From: Eimeria praecox
Lineage: Eukaryota
Length of the DNA: 64,000 bases
NCBI GenBank assembly: GCA_963920595.1
Contig: OY986948.1
Location: 1,054,001 to 1,118,000 of the forward strand
Direction: 5' to 3'
How positions within the stretch are numbered: position 1 is the stretch's first letter; each line of letters opens with the position of its first letter. This document shows, piece after piece, positions 57,798-64,000 of the stretch. Made by a program: the position numbers and the translations under genes. Below the pieces are notes generated by a model that ran no database searches, had not been told where the DNA came from, and saw only the letters and a program-made list of their open reading frames with translations.

Positions 57798-57910
57798 TTA
57801 TCTGACTATGCGTCTGATGTTCTCTTTCTTGGTTCCTCCATCTTCTCTCTCTTCTCTTCTTGTGCTAATTGGTGATGGAAGCATAAAGAAACTACGTAAC
57901 TCACGCTCCT

Positions 57911-57966
<56 letters not shown>

Positions 57967-58108
57967 GGCAGTGAAGCCAAGACATGGAGCAGCATAAAGA
58001 AGGATGCAGCAGCCGTAGCAGCACTAGCAGCAACAGCAGCTGCAGCAGCAACAGCAGCAACTCAAGCAGCAGCAACAGTAGCAGCAGCAACTCAAGCAGC
58101 AGCAGCAA

Positions 58109-58140
<32 letters not shown>

Positions 58141-58432
58141 GCAAGCCTGCTGGTGTTTTATATGATACCGTAATCATTTGCTGCTCCTGTTTCTGCTGCT
58201 GCAGCATTTCCATCAATCTCCCTCTACATCTCCAACCATACAGCGGCGGCTGCAGCGGGATTATAGCAGCAGCACCAAGGGCTTTTGCTGCTGCAGCAGA
58301 TAGTGAGGCCCCAGCAGCAAGCCAAAACTTCACTCTAGAGAAACGAAGACGAAGCTCAGACACACCCTTGCTGTCTCCTGCTGATCGAGGAAGGTAGCTC
58401 CCTAACACCTACAAACAGCAGCAACAGCAGCA

Positions 58433-58495
<63 letters not shown>

Positions 58496-58637
58496 GGAAG
58501 GAGCACAGATTGCCACAGGTACATCCAAAACCACAGGCAGCAACTGCAGCAGCAACAGCAGCAGAATACACTAACAGCTACAACACAAACAGCTGCAGCA
58601 GCAGCAGATGCTGCAGCAACACGAACAGCAGCAGCAG

Positions 58638-58669
<32 letters not shown>

Positions 58670-59132
58670 CCTCCATGTGCTTTCCGTCTCGCGGGTCCCT
58701 TTGATTTGCTGCTACAATCTTGAAAAACCTTCTTCCTCTCGTTCCCATAACCTGCAGCAGCAGCAGCAGCAGCAGCACATGCAGCAAAGTAGCAGCAAAT
58801 GCAGCAATATAGCAGCACCAGCAGCAGCAGCACCAGCAGCAGCAGCACTTGCAGCAGCAGCAACGGCAAGCACGAGAAAGCAGTAGCTGTAAGAACAGCA
58901 CGCATGCAGCGGAGGCAACTGCTGCTGCAGCAGCAGCAACTCCTACAGCTGCAGCGCCTGCAGCTGCAGCAGCAGCAGCAGCAGCCGTAGTAGTAGTGGT
59001 AGCAGCAGCAGCAGCAGTCGTAGTAGTGGTAGCAGCAGCAGCAGCAGCACTAATCTGCTGCAATACCTGCATGCGGATACGTGGGGGCCCCCGGTCCTTT
59101 GAATAGAAAGGCAGAAACATCCGCCGCACCAT
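57798..59132 (-). CDS. RPS16: Organellar (probably mitochondrial) ribosomal protein S16 (bS16 family); predicted exons 59132-59067, 58751-58671, 58408-58169, 57908-57798
   Basis: PPRIRMQ|VMGTRGRRFFKIVAANQRDPRDGKHME|VLGSYLP…LRLRFSRVKFWLAAGASLS matches the bS16 signature. All junctions are phase 0. Confidence 0.88.
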
Positions 59133-59134
59133 CT

Positions 59135-59176
<42 letters not shown>

Positions 59177-59640
59177 AGTTTGCTGCTGCTGTTGCTCGTC
59201 GGTTTGCTGCTGCTGCTGCTGAAATGCGGCTGCTGCTGGCAGTTGGGTTGCTGCCGATGCTCCTGTTGCTGCTGTTGCTGCTGTTGGTGTTGCTGCTGTT
59301 GTTGCTGTTGTTGCTGTTGCTGCTGCTCCTGTTGCTGCTGCTGCTGTTGCTGCAGAGACTGCAACAGCACAGCTGCTAACAGCTCACGTAACCCTGGCTA
59401 CGGCTTGCTGCTGCTGCTGCCTGTTGCTGCTGCTGCTGCTGCTCTCTCCCGTTCGTGCTCACAGCAGCAGCTGCTGGTGCTGCTGGTGCTGCTGCTGCTG
59501 CTGCTCAGGCAACGGGCCCTACACCATCGGCAGTGTATCTACAGGCTTAGTAGCAACGTTGGCTGTAGAAGCAGCTGCAGCAACAAGCCTCGTTGTTGCA
59601 GCAACGGCAGCAACTGTGCTGCTGCTCGCGCTGCTGCTAT

Positions 59641-59671
<31 letters not shown>

Positions 59672-59772
59672 ACTTAACTCAAACTCGCTTCATTGGGATG
59701 TCTCCCTCCAGAATTAGAAATTGTATTTAAAGATAGTAAGTTTTTCAAAGGTTAATACGAAGCTGCAACAGG

Positions 59773-59810
<38 letters not shown>

Positions 59811-59987
59811 GCCTCGAGATATGGGGCCTAGGACGTGTGCTGCAGCAGCAGCAGCGAGGCGCAGCAGCAGCAGCACAAGACAAAAGCAGCAGCATCATTA
59901 TATACATAATTTATTTGACCTTCATAGCAGATTCTCCCTGGCAGCAGCAGCAGCAGCAGCAGCGGCTGTTGCTGCTGCTAACCTCCA

Positions 59988-60019
<32 letters not shown>

Positions 60020-60109
60020 CAACAGCAGCAGCAGCGGCCTCAGCAATCTCTTGCACTCTGAGAGTTTTTGAGTTTAACAGGAAAAAGACTGTTTGAAGGT
60101 GTTGGGTGT

Positions 60110-60148
<39 letters not shown>

Positions 60149-60274
60149 ACTGCCTCGACAGCAGCTGCAACAGCAGCTGCTGCAGCAGCAGGAGAAGCAG
60201 CAGCAGGCGCACTAACTGCTGCAGCAGCTACGCACTGGAGACTCTGAGTGCATAGACAGCCTGAGGAGCAGCAG

Positions 60275-60312
<38 letters not shown>

Positions 60313-60459
60313 ACAGCAACAGCAGCTGAAGGAGCCTAGGCATATGCGCCTTGCAGAGGGCGGCCGCAGCAGCAGCAGCAGCAGCAGCAGCAAGAGCAGC
60401 AGCAGCAGCAGCAAAGACAACAGGAACAGCAGCAGCAGCCTCTGAAGCGTAGCAGCACA

Positions 60460-64000
<3,541 letters not shown>

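Overview
Eukaryotic genomic DNA with the hallmarks of an Eimeria-type coccidian (Apicomplexa): very abundant CAG/CTG triplet runs, interstitial telomere-like AAACCCT arrays, TGCATGCA octamers and (AT)n runs. The species cannot be determined from this window. Most short ORFs in the track are repeat artefacts. Manual splicing gives 11 protein-coding genes in this order: a partial hypothetical gene (+), TFIP11/Ntr1 (-), MUS81 (+), an intronless secreted GH17 beta-1,3-glucanase (+), a divergent class II lysyl-tRNA synthetase (-, its 5' end broken by an N-gap), clathrin light chain (+), MCM6 (-), an intronless rhoptry-kinase-like pseudokinase (+), a large hypothetical protein (+), organellar ribosomal protein S16 (-) and a MYST acetyltransferase (+, truncated by the window). 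No rRNA, tRNA, CRISPR array or recognisable transposon was seen. The most interesting signals concern intron architecture. (1) Telomere-like repeats sit in a polarised, self-complementary arrangement at the two ends of at least 8 introns. (2) Two consecutive MCM6 introns carry tandem, diverged copies of the 3' splice site plus the exon start. (3) There are three GC-AG intron candidates. (4) A shared GGTGTAY/TACACC core recurs in unrelated intronic minisatellites and at splice sites. All exon coordinates are hand-derived and need RNA-seq confirmation.
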